Assembly: GCF_018350175.1 (NCBI RefSeq) | Contig: NC_058368.1 | Coordinates: 77,068,001-77,132,000, forward strand | DNA: 64,000 bases | Direction of reading: 5' to 3' | Source of the DNA: Felis catus | Lineage: Eukaryota | Part shown: one piece after another, positions 36,916 through 49,559 of the stretch | How the letters are laid out: each line of letters starts with the position of its first letter | How positions within the stretch are numbered: the stretch's first letter is position 1 | Translations under genes and position numbers: made by a program | Notes under the pieces: generated by a model | Database searches by the model: none | What the model saw: only the letters and a program-made list of their open reading frames with translations | Told to the model about the DNA's origin: nothing

Positions 36916-38549
36916 CCCAGCAATAAAAGGCATGTGGAATTTTGTTTACCTGAATGTAGTAAATTAACAGAGGGATAACCAACAACGGCAACAAAATTAT
37001 GCACACTGATGAAAATTGTGATCCTCCCCAGCAGCTTTGTTGACACTTAATAGTTAAGTCCATTTGCTTTTAAGGGCAAAGTTCCCAGCCCCGGAGCGTC
37101 CCACGACAGGCCCGCGTGGCAGCTTGTGGACAAGTGCGGGGAGGACGCACGAGCCTGAGGAGTCTACTGAAGAGTCTTCTGAAGCTGTTTGTACCCTGAC
37201 TTCTGCCCCCCCCCAACTCCCGTCCCGGGGCACCCGTGTGGCTCTGCTCCAGGCCCCGCTGCCTGTCCCCTCCAAGCTGCTTGCTGTTCACAGAGTAGAA
37301 GCCAGGCGCATACTGGTTTCTGTGACTTCAAGAGACAGAGGCTGCAAATACTTTTCCAAAGCGGGACCCAGATGGGCTTGGAGTGGGGCTGGCTCTCAGG
37401 ATGGTGTCCGTCCAGGGGCGACTTTCATTGCCTCTTGTCCTTTTGCATCTTTGCCACCCATCAGTCCCCCTTTACTTCCACTTACTATCAACACACTGGT
37501 GGCATCGGGCTTGGAGCGCGGAGGCAGACTTGTATGTATGTATACATTTATATTCATCCGAAGGGATTTCATTATGATACTAAAAAGAATTATTTCGTCA
37601 TGTTTTATGTGCACACACATATATGTGTATGTGTAGGGTATCCATACATACTCATATATGCATATAGCATATCCGGGAAAGAGAAGATTTAAAGCGGAGA
37701 CTTGTTTTTGCAACAAACGGCTCTTTATATGGTAGCCTCATCGCCAATGGGAGGAGTTTGAAATTATTTCCTTATTGTAACAAATGTGAGTTGTGCATGG
37801 TTGTACGGGTCTAGCAGACTGTTAGAGCGGCGGTTATGAGCTCTGTGTATATGGGTTCACGGGGCAGGGTTGTAAGGGGCAGGGATGCGCTCAGACGCGC
37901 TGACACTTGGAGAGACCCAGCCACGGTAGCCCACGAGACATTCTCTGCACGTTCCTTCCTCGCTCGAGCCTTTGAGGTTCACGTCCAGTCCCGCTAACCT
38001 GGACCCGCTGTCTCGTCTTCCGGACTGTTGGCCCCTCGCCCAGCCAGCTCTTTATGGGTCTCCATCAAAAGTCACTCTTCCCTCACACTGCCCCCCGGTT
38101 GTAGTCATCCTTTGGTTAGATGAGACATCTTCCTAATGTTCCCACCAAAGCTCTTTCCAACATCTCTTACTTGTCTGTCGTTCTGGGACACTCCCTTCGT
38201 CGCTGGCATCCCGGCAACAGCTGGCGGTCCACCCAGGCGTGTGGCATGAAAGATAGATGCTAGCGGGGACTTCACGAAGACGGGGGCTCCAGTATCAAGA
38301 ATGAGCCCTCCTGAAGGAAGCGGTGGCTGTCGTGTGATGGGCTCTGAGGCTCACCTCCCACGCCCCTCCTTTCGAAGGCGAGGCACCAGCCCCCCAGCTG
38401 CTGGCCTGCTGAGGCTCCCACTCATTGCTTCCCAGCCTCTTCCCTTCCCAGGGCGGCCATCGTCTGTCACGGTGACGAGCATTTACGACAGAGAAAGAAA
38501 CATCCCTCGTGGATCGACAGAGAAAGAAGTGCATCCCTCGTAGATCTGG

Positions 38550-38675
38550 AGGGCAGGAGTCTGGGATCCCACATCAGCAGGGCCCTGCTCCCCCTGAAGG
38601 TGCTGGGGGAGATGCCTCCATGGCATCATCCAGCTTCTGGTGGCCCCGGATGCTTCTTGGCTTGTGTATAGCATG
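38550..38675 (-). mobile_element. MLT1 LTR fragment
   Basis: cagcagggccctgctccccctgaagg...ccagcttctggtggccccgg...cttggcttgtg. Confidence 0.6.
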
Positions 38676-39179
38676 ATGAATTTTTATAAACGTCTACATT
38701 CGTGTAATCACTACCCAGGTGAAGACACACTAGGGTAAACACACGTGGCTTAGAACCTTCATCTGCCCCTCCAGTCAGCACCTCTACGTCGGCGTCCCCG
38801 TGATTCTGACCTCCATGCCCTCCCTATCTTTTACTCTGATCCTTCAGGGCTAATCACGCTACCATTGAACTCCTGAATGTACATTATCTATTACAATGAA
38901 GTATAATTGAAAAAAAAAAAAACCACCTCTGTGAAATAGTCAAGAAAAAGAGCAAATAAGGCCCATGTTCAATTGCAGGTCTACTACTCGCTCGTGAATT
39001 TCGGTAAGTAACTGATCATAGACCAAAAAGCTAATAGAAGGTGAAAGCTAGACAACAAACTTACTGAAGGCGTTCAGAAGGATTATTTTCTAGATCGGAT
39101 CTTCCTTGTATATATAGGGCCTTGAATGTCAAGGTGAGTTAGAAGGTGTTTAGGGAGTCAATAAGATTACGATTGTGGT

Positions 39180-39370
39180 GCCTAACCAGCACTGTTCCAG
39201 GTGTAATGTCACACAGCTTTCAGGGCTGAGTGCTGATATCCTCCCTGTCTTATAGGGGAAAAAGCAGAAACACAGAGCCATTAAGTAATTTGTCCAACGT
39301 GGCCAAGCTAGTACCCGATGCATCCTGGATTTTAACCCAGAGCTTGTTCTCAAGGGCACGGCACTATCTT
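39180..39370 (-). mobile_element. MIR
   Basis: ggggaaaaagcagaaacacagag...ttaagtaatttgtccaacgtggccaagctagt. Confidence 0.65.
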
Positions 39371-40307
39371 TGTATCTTTTCCATTCCATGTCATTGCAAA
39401 AATAGATAAACATATATGATTGAAGAAAAATAAAGATATTCAATCAAGGTTGAAATATAATTTTTTTAGCCTAAATTGATTTTGATTTCCTCCTATCATT
39501 GGCATCTAGATTTGAAGAAACTGTTGTTTCGCTGAATCATGAATGTACCTTTTAGCCTTCCTGATCAATGTCAAGCAGTTAAGAGTCCTAGAAATAGATG
39601 ACAAGATAACATCTCAGGATCAGGGCTGCAGTTAACTGTCAAGCAGGCCCACAGAACTCAGGGAATCCTGGTGAATCTTCTGGATCCTCAAGAGACCATC
39701 CCAGAAGCCTGGGAAACAGCTGATGTGCAGGTGACCTTACAAGGGGTCCAGGCGGAGGCTCATGAAAGATGGTTTCCTTAGATGATGTCAAGATGCCGTG
39801 CTAAGTCAACTCCATCTGTTTCCAATACGCAGTCTATTCATCGCTACCCACGTCCTTTTGACTTACGACCTTGCCTTTGCTTCCCGCTGAACTGGACCTC
39901 TCCCTCGACCTGGATATCTTACTGTCTCAACCCAAACACCATGGCTAGTGAATAGCCATTAATGTGTCTTCTCAATTTGTATGACCACATACGAAAGTTT
40001 CACAAGTATAGGCCTTGCCTCTGAAACGATTTTCCTCAAATGAAATATCTCTCGACACAAATAATTTCTGTGTGTTCGGGGTGAGGATGAGGCCCCTGAT
40101 CCGTCCCCAAACATCAGAGCAAATCAGAAATAGTAGGAAGCTAGGTCGGCGCAGTTTTCCGTCTATACATGATACCCATTTCAACTAAAGCTTCTAAAAT
40201 CGTGCAAGCCACTTACTGGGGATCAATTGCCCAACTTGCTGCTTGTTAATTACTCCTGTGGCTCTGACTTACACAGTGAAAATTCATATTTGAAGGAGAG
40301 TATGCCA

Positions 40308-40364
40308 CTCTGTCTATCTCTCTCTCTCTCTCAAAAATAAATAAACATTAAAAACAAATTTTAA
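40308..40364 (+). mobile_element. 5'-truncated CAN-SINE (tail only)
   Basis: (CT)n-caaaaataaataaacattaaaa with no head; outer TSD aaggagag(t/c)a(t/c)gcca. Confidence 0.8.
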
Positions 40365-40370
40365 AAAGGA

Positions 40371-40583
40371 GGGCGCCTGCGTGGCTCAGTCAGTTAAATG
40401 TCCAACTTCGGCTCGGGTCATGATGTCAAGATTCATGGGTTCAAGCCCCGTGTCAGGCGCTGTGCTGACAGCTCCGAGCCTGGAACCTGCTTCAGGTTCT
40501 GTGTATCCCTCTCTTTCTGCCCCTCCCGGACTCTCTCTCTCTCTCTCTCTCTCAAAAATATGTAAATATTTTAAAAAAAAATT
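40371..40583 (+). mobile_element. CAN-SINE
   Basis: Head, body and tail; TSD aaaggag. Confidence 0.94.
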
Positions 40584-40749
40584 AAAGGAGAGCACGCCAG
40601 AGCCGGAGGATAAACACGGATTCTGGCGGGTTCTTTTATTTTTATTTTTTTCTAATCAATGGAATGTTTATTCTTCTCTCTACTCACACACACCCACACA
40701 AATACACACACAGTATATATTTGGTAACTCCTAAAATGAACACCTGAAT

Positions 40750-41099
40750 TGCTAGTGAACTTAAGGTGTCCCCCTCCCCCAAATTCAGATGCTGAAGTTC
40801 TCACCCCCAAATGTGATGGTGTTAGTACGTGGGAACTTTGAGAGATGCTTAAGTCATGAGGGTGGAGCCTCCTGAGAATATCAGTGCCTTGTCAGGACCC
40901 CACAGAGCTCCGCGTGCCCTTCCCTCCCACCAGGTGAGGACACAGTGAGAAGTCTGCATGGGACCCAGGAGACAGCCCTCATGCTCTGTGCTGACCCTGG
41001 TCTGGACTTCAGAGCCCTTATGCTCTGTGCGAGGTAATTTCTGTCGTGTATGAGCTACCCGGTCTGTGGTATTTTGTTGTAGCCACCCTGATTAGGACA
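40750..41099 (+). mobile_element. MaLR solo LTR (MLT1A-like)
   Basis: ccccaaattcagatgctgaag...ggtattttgttgtagc...ggaca; 5-bp TSD (t/c)gaat. Confidence 0.85.
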
Positions 41100-41403
41100 C
41101 GAATCATGCCTAGGAAGTGACAAAGTACAGTATTTGCACTAAAAGCATCTGATACAGAATTCAGAGAGGATCAAAATCAAGGGGAACCTAGAATTTGAGT
41201 TTGCCCTTGAAGAATGAGTAGGATCTGTGTGGACAGTAAAGGAAGCAGTCAGCTATTTTAGTATGAAGCCACATGAACACAGGTGGGAGTGTGGTTTTTG
41301 TTGGGAAGAATGAGGCTAACTCAAAACAGAGAGCGAGAGAGAAAGCTTTGCTAGGGTGATTTACGTTGGATAAAGTTGGATTTGTAATTTGGGGCCAAAT
41401 TAT

Positions 41404-41564
41404 TTTTTTCAAACAATTAAAAATGTTAAATAATTAAATAATCATTTAATTTTATTTAAATAACTTCTATTTAAATATTTCACTTAAATACTTTTTATTT
41501 AAATATTTTATTTAAATAAATTTAAAAATTGTTAAATAACTAAACATTTAAATATTTATTTTGA

Positions 41565-41601
<37 letters not shown>

Positions 41602-41750
41602 TGGGGGAGGGGCAGAGAGAGAGAGAATCCCAAGCAGGCTCCACACTGTCAGCACAGAGCCCCATGTGGGGCTTGAATCCATGAAACCGTGAGATCTTGA
41701 CCTGAGCCCAAACCAAGAGTTGGATGCTTAACCGACTGAGCCACCCGTGC
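41404..41750 (-). mobile_element. CAN-SINE with a ~150-bp AT-rich extended tail and (CA)n
   Basis: TSD aatttgggg(c/g)caaattat at about 41386 and 41752. Confidence 0.9.
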
Positions 41751-42595
41751 AAATTTGGGGGCAAATTATAAAAGAACTGAGGTTTTTAATGTCAGATAAA
41801 TACCGAAACGTTGAAATTCAGAATGGAGGAATGGCTTTATGAAAGCCATAGTTTGTGTGGCTCAGCTACGTGACAGAGACTAAATTTAGGCAGAGATCAC
41901 CTTGACTACTATTGAAATAAAGGAGCAAATCGGAGTGGCATGAAACTATGAAGAGAGAGATCGATCATGGAAATACTGTGGAATAATAAATGTTAAGGAA
42001 GAGACCAAACAGAAGGATGAATGTGATGGGCCCCAAGACATTAGGTCTCCGGATTGGGCATGTTACTGGCAAAAGGAAGAAATAAGGGGCAGGAAGCTGG
42101 ATGGCTTGAGAGGTGGTGAATTTAGGCTTGTACATATTCATTCTGACATCCACGTCGTCACATGCTGTATGTGTGTCCTCGGGGATGGGAAATATTGGCA
42201 GCCAAGTTACAGATGTCATGACAGTTTGAAAAGGACAGCTGTCTGGGAGTGTGGGGTGGGCTCCAAAATCCTGCCAGAAGGCAAAGAAAGGCCTCCCTGA
42301 ATTTGACGAAATTTCATTAGTTCCTAATTATGTGCAAATCACAGTATGAAGACCACAGATCCCTTCTCTTGAATTGATCACAAGGGGAAATGATGCCCGC
42401 TGTCAGAGTTGTGACAATGTGGTGAGCGCTTTCACCGTGAGCCCTGGAGGAAGAAGCAGGAAGGGAAGCTGGGCAGCGGCTGGCTGAGTGTTGGCAAAGG
42501 AGGTGGCTAGAGGCAGAGGCTCGCAGGGGAGGGAGGCAGCCCACGAGCTCGGGTGGTAGTGGTTCTAGGACATATTTTACGAGGAGGGGATAATA

Positions 42596-42779
42596 GGGAC
42601 GCCTGGGTGGCTCCACTGGTTAAGCGTCCAAATCTTGGTTTCGGCTCAGGTCATGATCTCACAGTCCATGAGATGGAGCCCTGAATCGAGCTCTGAGCTG
42701 GGGATTCTCTCCCTCTCTCCCTGCCCCTTCCCTACTCTCCCTCTCTCTCAAAATAAATAAACATTAAAAAAAAAAAAAA
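42596..42779 (+). mobile_element. CAN-SINE (short body)
   Basis: TSD aggagggggat. Confidence 0.92.
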
Positions 42780-43305
42780 GAAGGAGGGGATGACAGATGC
42801 AAAGACTAAAGCCAAGAAACAGCTTCTTGATTTGTATAAATAATTGGCAAATCACCTGTAGCATCCGACAAATTAATTCACAAAAACTAGTGGCTAGGTC
42901 ATGGGAAGGTGAGGCTGAAGAATGACAATGGTTTGTCTGCCGTACAAGGGGCTGTAGATTTCAGTTTGTAGGTGATAAGGAGTCATGGAAAATCTTGTAG
43001 CCCTGGGGGCGATTTGATCATTTTTAGGTTCTAGAATGACCAGTTTGGTGTTGCTGTAGATGATGAAGTGGATGGGGCGTCACCACAAGACTGTGAGGAA
43101 TCCAATGTGTATAACTCCTGGAGAGAGATGAGAAGATTTCAACTAAAAATGTTGAGGAAGGACAGGAGGGGTTGGATTTTAAGTAAATGTATGGTGTAGA
43201 ATGGAGAGAATCGATGTCTGCGAAGATTCAAAGAGAAGACATAAGTCAGCCCTTGGATCGTCAGGTTGTGCTCAGTGGTAGGACAGGACATAGAGAAGCA
43301 GCATA

Positions 43306-43530
43306 TTTTTTTTTTTAATTTTTTTCAACGTTTATTTATTTATTTGGGACAGAGAGAGACAGAGTATGAACGGCGGAAGGGCAGAGAGAGAGGGAGACAC
43401 AGAATCGGAAACAGGCTCCAGGCTCTGAGTCATCAGCCCAGAGCCGGACGCGGGGCTCGAACTCACGGGCCGCGAGATCGTGACCTGGCTGAAGTCGGAC
43501 GCTTAACCGACTGCGCCACCCAGGCGCCCC
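43306..43530 (-). mobile_element. Young felid CAN-SINE
   Basis: TSD gagaagcagc(a/c)tattt. Confidence 0.95.
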
Positions 43531-43614
43531 GAGAAGCAGCCTATTTAAGGGATTAGGGTCAACATGGGGACATCAGTGGTGGGTATGCTGAATTTGAGGT
43601 AGAGGTTAGGCAAT

Positions 43615-43912
43615 GTCAGTGTTCCCCCCAGAGTCCTATGTTGAAATCCAACCCCTAATGTGATGGTATTTGGAGTAAGGGACTCCGGACACGATCAGGC
43701 CCTGAAGGTGGGGCTCTCACGAATGGGATTAGCGCCCTTATAAAAGAGACCCCAGAGAGCTCCCTCTGCCCTTCTGCCATGTGAACCAGGAAGTGGGCTC
43801 TCACCAGATACCGAATCTGTAGCACCTGGCCGTCGGATTTCCTGGGCTTCGGAACTGAGGGCAATAGGTATTTGTTGTCTCTCCCTCCTGTTACCGCCCA
43901 GATGGATTAACG
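43615..43912 (+). mobile_element. MaLR LTR (MLT1A-like)
   Basis: tatgttgaaatccaacccctaatgtgatggtatttggag...aatgggattagcgcccttataaaagagaccccagagagctccc. Confidence 0.85.
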
Positions 43913-45424
43913 CGAGGTGACAAGCTGGAGAAGTCTGAAAGGCAAATTTATATGTTGGTCTGGAGCTTAGCTGAGATGTCCGGCTGGAGATGATGTCTTA
44001 GAAGTCATCAGTACGAAGATGATTCCCACTTAGTGAATCTGCTTAGGCATCGCCCGAGAGGGGAAGAGACACTGTGTTGTCTTGACCCGCATTCCTTGAT
44101 TATCACCCTCAGCCCAGCATGCCCCGAGGTAACACATTCCCTTTAGATGTCTATATCATTTCCTGTTTGTTTTGTGTGTTGTTTGTTTCTAATACAAACA
44201 CCAATTTATATCATTGCAACCAGAGTAACGGCTGCAAGAATTTATCCTCTTAATGTCCATCTTAGCTTTTTAACTGCATTCTTTCTGGGTCTGGGCCAGT
44301 CTCACAGATTTGGTGAAAGCTGGTCGCACCCCCGCTGATGGCTTCACCAGGTGGGAGTTTCTGCCCAGAAGGAAAAGGAGAGTCCTCTGGGAGGCAGAAA
44401 GAAGGAAGCTCCTTTTTAAGCACACACGATTCATTCACTTTGCATGAACTCACTCAGCACCTGTAGCAACTTGCAGAGTGAGAGTTGTTCTCCAAGTTTT
44501 TGGATGAGAAAAACCGGCTTCCTGTCATTTGGGATTGCAGAGCTGATAAGGACTGTCGCCGGAGTTCATTCCAGAATTGCCTCTCACCCTTTCAGGACTC
44601 GGTTTCGTATCTTCTGCCTTTCCCCAGACTTCTGCCCTGTGAGTTTTAACCGAGCTGAGCTGTGTCCCATAACCCTCTTCCAGGTCAGAGACAGGCTGTG
44701 AGTTGGGGCACATCCAGGGTGGGATTTAGAGAGAGCGTAGGCTGTGGTCTCCACTCCACTTGTTATGGTGTGGGATGGGGTCTGGGGGCCTCTGGGAGGG
44801 CCGTGGGGCTCCTCTGAGACACTGGTTACCCTGCAAAGGCAACCCTGGCCCTTGCCTCTTTCCTTTCTGACACGTGGGTTCATTTTCGAGACACAGCATC
44901 GGAATCGTTTACTTCTGGAAGAAATCACTTGCTCTTAAAAAATGCACTTACTCTATTAAAAAAGATAATACATACCCACAGAGCAACATCTAAATAGTAC
45001 AAAAGGAAATACGGTGAGAAGTAATGATTGCCTTTGTCCTTGCTAATTTAGGTGTCCACACTTTCCAGGCTGATAAATCATTTCAGACTTTTTCCTTCCT
45101 TTTCTAACTCTTCAAGTTAGATCCTTACCTAATGTATTTTTATTCTTTATTATGGTTAATATAAATACTCAAAGCAGTACCTTTTCTCTGGCTTTAGACA
45201 TGACAATATTTTAGCTGTGTAATATTAAATTATGTTATATTTAATGCTTCAATTTAGTATTTTATTTCCTATTTACATTATAACATAAGCTATTAACTAC
45301 TAAGCTATTTGAGATGTATAATATCTTAATTGTTACTGTTTTCTAGAGCCTAAGGTTTTTTACATCTTCTGTTATCAATAGTTATTTAAGATAGAAACCT
45401 TTAAAATCTTAAGTGGACAGATTT

Positions 45425-45675
45425 TTTATTGTTTTATTTGTTTTTTTTTTTGCTGTTTATTTATTTTTGAGAGAATGCGAGAGAGAGAGAGAAAGAGTGA
45501 GGGAGACAGTGTGAGCAAGGGAGAGACAGAGAGAGAGGAAGACACAGAATCCGAAGCAGGCTCCAGGCTCTGAGCTGTCAGCTCAGAGCCCAATGCAGGG
45601 CTCGAACTCATGAACCACGAGATCATGACCTGAGCCAAGGTCAGATGTTAACCAACTGATCCACTCGGGTGCCCC
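45425..45675 (-). mobile_element. CAN-SINE
   Basis: Body and head. Confidence 0.92.
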
Positions 45676-45967
45676 ATTCTGCTTTTTAAAAAGCACTTTT
45701 TATTATATTATGATTAGAAAATACTGTTTTGTTTCAGTAACCCTGCTGGTGAGGCACCTTGGGATTCTGGATGTTGGACACAACACAATTAGTGATTGGC
45801 TGTTGTACTCGGCCGGGTCTTCAGTAGGGGTGGGTGGTGCTTTCCCTCCAGGGAGCAAAGGGTTAAGAATCATCTACTTAAGACTTAAGACTTGCTTAGG
45901 GCAAGATATGGCAAAATTTGTAACGCTGTAAGTTTACTTTCTTTGTGACAGACCAAAAGATAAATGC

Positions 45968-46180
45968 TTTTAATTTTTTTCAACGTTTATTTATTTGTGA
46001 GAGAGAGACAGAGAGAAAGAACATGAGCAGGGGAGGGGCAGAGAGAGAGAGGGAGACACAGAATCGGAAGCAGGCTCTGAGCTGTCAGCACAGAGCCTGT
46101 CTCGGGGCTCGAACCCATGAACCGTGAGATCGTGACCTGAGCTGGAGTCGGATGCTTAACCAACCGAGCCACCCAGGCGG
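45968..46180 (-). mobile_element. CAN-SINE (no TSD visible)
   Basis: Body and head. Confidence 0.92.
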
Positions 46181-47296
46181 TCCGATCATATTATTTTTTA
46201 TTGATCTTACAATAATCATGTGTCACCCACATTCTGGGTGGGTAGACATTCTAAGACATGCCATCTCAGTAAGTCTTGTTGAATTATGGAAAGTTTATGG
46301 AGCCTCCTTTTGTCAGGGTTGGGACACTAATTATTCATATGTTGGATTTCCTTTGCCTGCCATTATCCATGATTAATAATCATTTTCTCTCTAATCCCAT
46401 TAATACTTAGTTCATTTCCATCTCATTTTCCTTAAGTTATACTTACCATGGCCTTTGTTATGTTTCCATAAAATGTCTACTTTATATTTTTATGCCTCCG
46501 ATATGGCCTTCATCTCCAAGAGAGTCCTTTGTCATTTCCCACTTATTTCCTGGTCTTTGATAGATCAAGTTTCAACTTTTCGTGTTTTCCTGGCGGATCT
46601 TCCCTGACTTTTTATATTACCGCACGGAACTTTTGTTTTATAGAAGCAATTTCGTGATCTAGTTTTATTTGATTTATTTGCTTTTTTGAGCATGTGTGTG
46701 GCTATAAATTTGGTCGTACTTTTTTTTACCCGTTTGTGCCCTTGTCTTCTGATGAGTGTTTGCTTCGTTCTTTTTTTTCTTCTAGTTGTGTGGTTCTGCA
46801 CAGGCCCTTCCTCCACACCTCCCCCCTCCCTCTTCGCCTTACCCGTTTTCACCTTTGCATGAGATGAGTCCCAGGAACTCCTCTTATAAAATAGGATTCT
46901 GTGGGCGAACCAGTTCATTTCGCAGAAGCACGGGCTGAAAGACTGCCCGCAATGCAGAGACCCTTCCCTCCACTCTGCCCCGACTGCACAGGGCTTCCTG
47001 GGAACGTGGTGCGTGTGATTCCCCACTCAGCCCCCGGCCAGCTGAACCGCAGATCCACACAGATCCCAGTAAACTTCACCACCAGCCCCTTCCCATGGCC
47101 CTAAATCAGGTGTGGATGGGACAGTTACTTGGAAAAACTAGTGATTTCCTGGCTGAATCTGAAGTCTGCAGCCACAGACATCATTTCTCTACATTTGCGT
47201 TCCTCTCCCCCTGCCTCCCCCCCCGCCATTTGACCTTCATTGTGTTTAGCAGCCTTTTCTCACATATTACTGGTTCTTCAGGTGTTACTATTTTCT

Positions 47297-47521
47297 TTCT
47301 TTTTAATTTTTTTTAACATTTATTCATATCGGAGAAACAGAGAGAAACAGCACAAATGAGCAGGGGAGGGGCAGAGAGAGAGAGGGAGACAGAATCGGAA
47401 GCAGGCTCCAGGCTCCCAGGTGTCAGCACAGAGCCCAACGGGGGGTTCGAACTCATGGACCTCGAGATCATGACCTGAGCTGAAGTCAGACGCTCAACTG
47501 AATGAGCCACCCAGGTGCCCC
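47297..47521 (-). mobile_element. CAN-SINE
   Basis: TSD caggtgtt(a/g)ctattttct. Confidence 0.94.
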
Positions 47522-47825
47522 ATTCTTTGACAGGTGTTGCTATTTTCTATAAAAATGGAATGTGTGTTTATTTTTGTAATCCTCCTCATTGCTTTGGGTG
47601 ATTATGACAGGAGAAGAGGGAAATACTGTCCTGTTGTTTGTCTTGCAAATTAGAAGCAAAAATGAGCCTTAAGCCAATTAATTAATAAGGCGTATGTTCC
47701 ATATTAAGAGATAAGAAGGACAAGGACATTCTTTCTCTTCCTAATAATCACACAATTTATTAACGTGGCCAATAGATGCAATTACGAATAGAAAACTAAC
47801 CCAAAGCAGGCAACAGAGGATTGAT

Positions 47826-48051
47826 TTTTTTTTTTAATTTTTTTTCAACGTTTTTTATTTATTTTTGGGACAGAGAGAGACAGAGCATGAACGGGGAAGG
47901 GGCAGAGAGAGAGGGAGACACAGAATCGGAAACAGGCTCCAGGCTCCGAGCCATCAGCCCAGAGCCTGACGCGGGGCTCGAACTCACGGACCGTGAGATC
48001 GTGACCTGGCTGAAGTCGGACGCTTAACCGACTGCGCCACCCAGGCGCCCC
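47826..48051 (-). mobile_element. Young felid CAN-SINE inserted at the tail of an older SINE
   Basis: TSD gaggattgattttttt. Confidence 0.95.
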
Positions 48052-48060
48052 GAGGATTGA

Positions 48061-48259
48061 TTTTTTTAACGTTTATTTATTTTGAGAGAGAGAGAGTGAG
48101 CGAGCAGAGAAGGGTCAGAGAGAGAGAGGGAGAACCCCAAGCAGCCTCTGCACTGTCAGCAGGGCTCGAACTCAGGAACCACTCACGAACCGTGAGATCC
48201 TGACCTGAGCCGATACCAAGAGTCAGACACCTGACCGACTGAGCCACCCAGGTGCCCCC
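48061..48259 (-). mobile_element. Older CAN-SINE
   Basis: Body with a small internal duplication actca(g/c)gaacc; followed by aaggattg. Confidence 0.9.
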
Positions 48260-49559
48260 AAAGGATTGCTCCCTGAAGAGACAATAAGATTTGGGGAATT
48301 TGGACAAAGGGAAAGTCATGGCGGGGGGAGGGATAGTGGTTGTGCCTGAAAATTACCTCCCTGTGTTCTGCTTCTCTGATCGAGAAGGCTTGTCAGAAGC
48401 AAGGAGAAACCACGCTCTCCCCCACCTCTGCTCCCTGCTCTCCCTCTGCAGATGGTGAAAGAGAATCCCCCTTTGAGGGAAAAGGGTAGAGCAGCGTTGC
48501 TTCCCCAACAGTGCCTGCCCCCCAAAAATCGCCTGGGAAGTTCATTACCGCACACTCAGAAGCTGCAGAGAAGACCGGGACCCGTGTTTCTCACCAGGGC
48601 CCTTCGGAATGTGAGCAAGCAGGCAATTTTGGAAATCCCTAGAGCGGTGCACACGGCACTCTCCTGGATGCCGGAGGGGCTGTTCTGCCCTGGCCACTAA
48701 CTAGGTGTAGGGTTTGGATGCGGTTCAATGTATCCGAGCCTCAAGTTTCTTGTCTATAAAAGGAGGGAACTGGGCTTGGTGGCTGAAAGCTCTTCCAACT
48801 TTAATATTCCACGGTTCTCTAAAATACACAGGGCTGGTATAAAACTCTATAAGTCCCTTATAAAATGGCAAGAGAAAGAGAAGACAAATGGGAACAGAGG
48901 ACCGAGGAAGGAAATGAGAGGGCGTCTCCCTCGCACACGAAAAGATTGGAATGAAGCCGTTTCTCCTGCTATGTTTAAACGAAAACACAAACTTCTAGGA
49001 GCGGAGCTTCAGCTGGACCCAAGTTCAGTTAAGATTTCAGTGTTAAGTGACGGGCCAGAAGCAAAAGACGCGCAACGATTTGTCTGATTTGGGACTCTTC
49101 CTTTACAGAACACGAGTTTTCTCCAAAGAAACCCCCAAAGCGCCAACAAGGTGTTCTCTCTCTTCTCCGTGTAAAAACATTGCTCTCCCCCTAAGCGAAA
49201 CCCCAAGATTTCCCCCCCGTGGTTGCTTTTTTAGTAAGAATGGCCATTTTCTTCCCTTAGGACTTTGACCCACAGGTCCCTTCTAGGGTGGGCAAATGCA
49301 TCTCAAAGATGGCCTTAAGAGACACTGGTTTTCCTGCCCCCCCCCCGGCCCCCCCAGGACTTGGATCCCTCCAGGTGTTACAGGACAAACACACACTTCG
49401 CCACTGCTCTTGTCCCTAATAATGGTATTATTAAGATCCCCAAGCACATTTGATATTGTTCTCCCCGAGTCTGGGGAGTGCCATTCATTTACTGACACAA
49501 GCACCGCAAAGGGACCGCATCTTGCTTTGTTTGAAGGACCCGGGTGCCCTTAATATTTT

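Larger units (their letters stand above)
41940..44030 (-). mobile_element. Fragmented L2 relic, interrupted by two SINEs and an LTR
   Basis: gtaggtgataaggagtcatggaa...gatcatttttaggttctagaatgac..., gaatttgaggt..., ggtctggagcttag...ggctggagat. Confidence 0.55.

Noticed and set aside
37064..37692. Overlapping 190-aa and 167-aa ORFs
   Set aside because: Non-ATG starts, low-complexity GC-rich sequence running into (TA/TG) repeats; no homology recognised.
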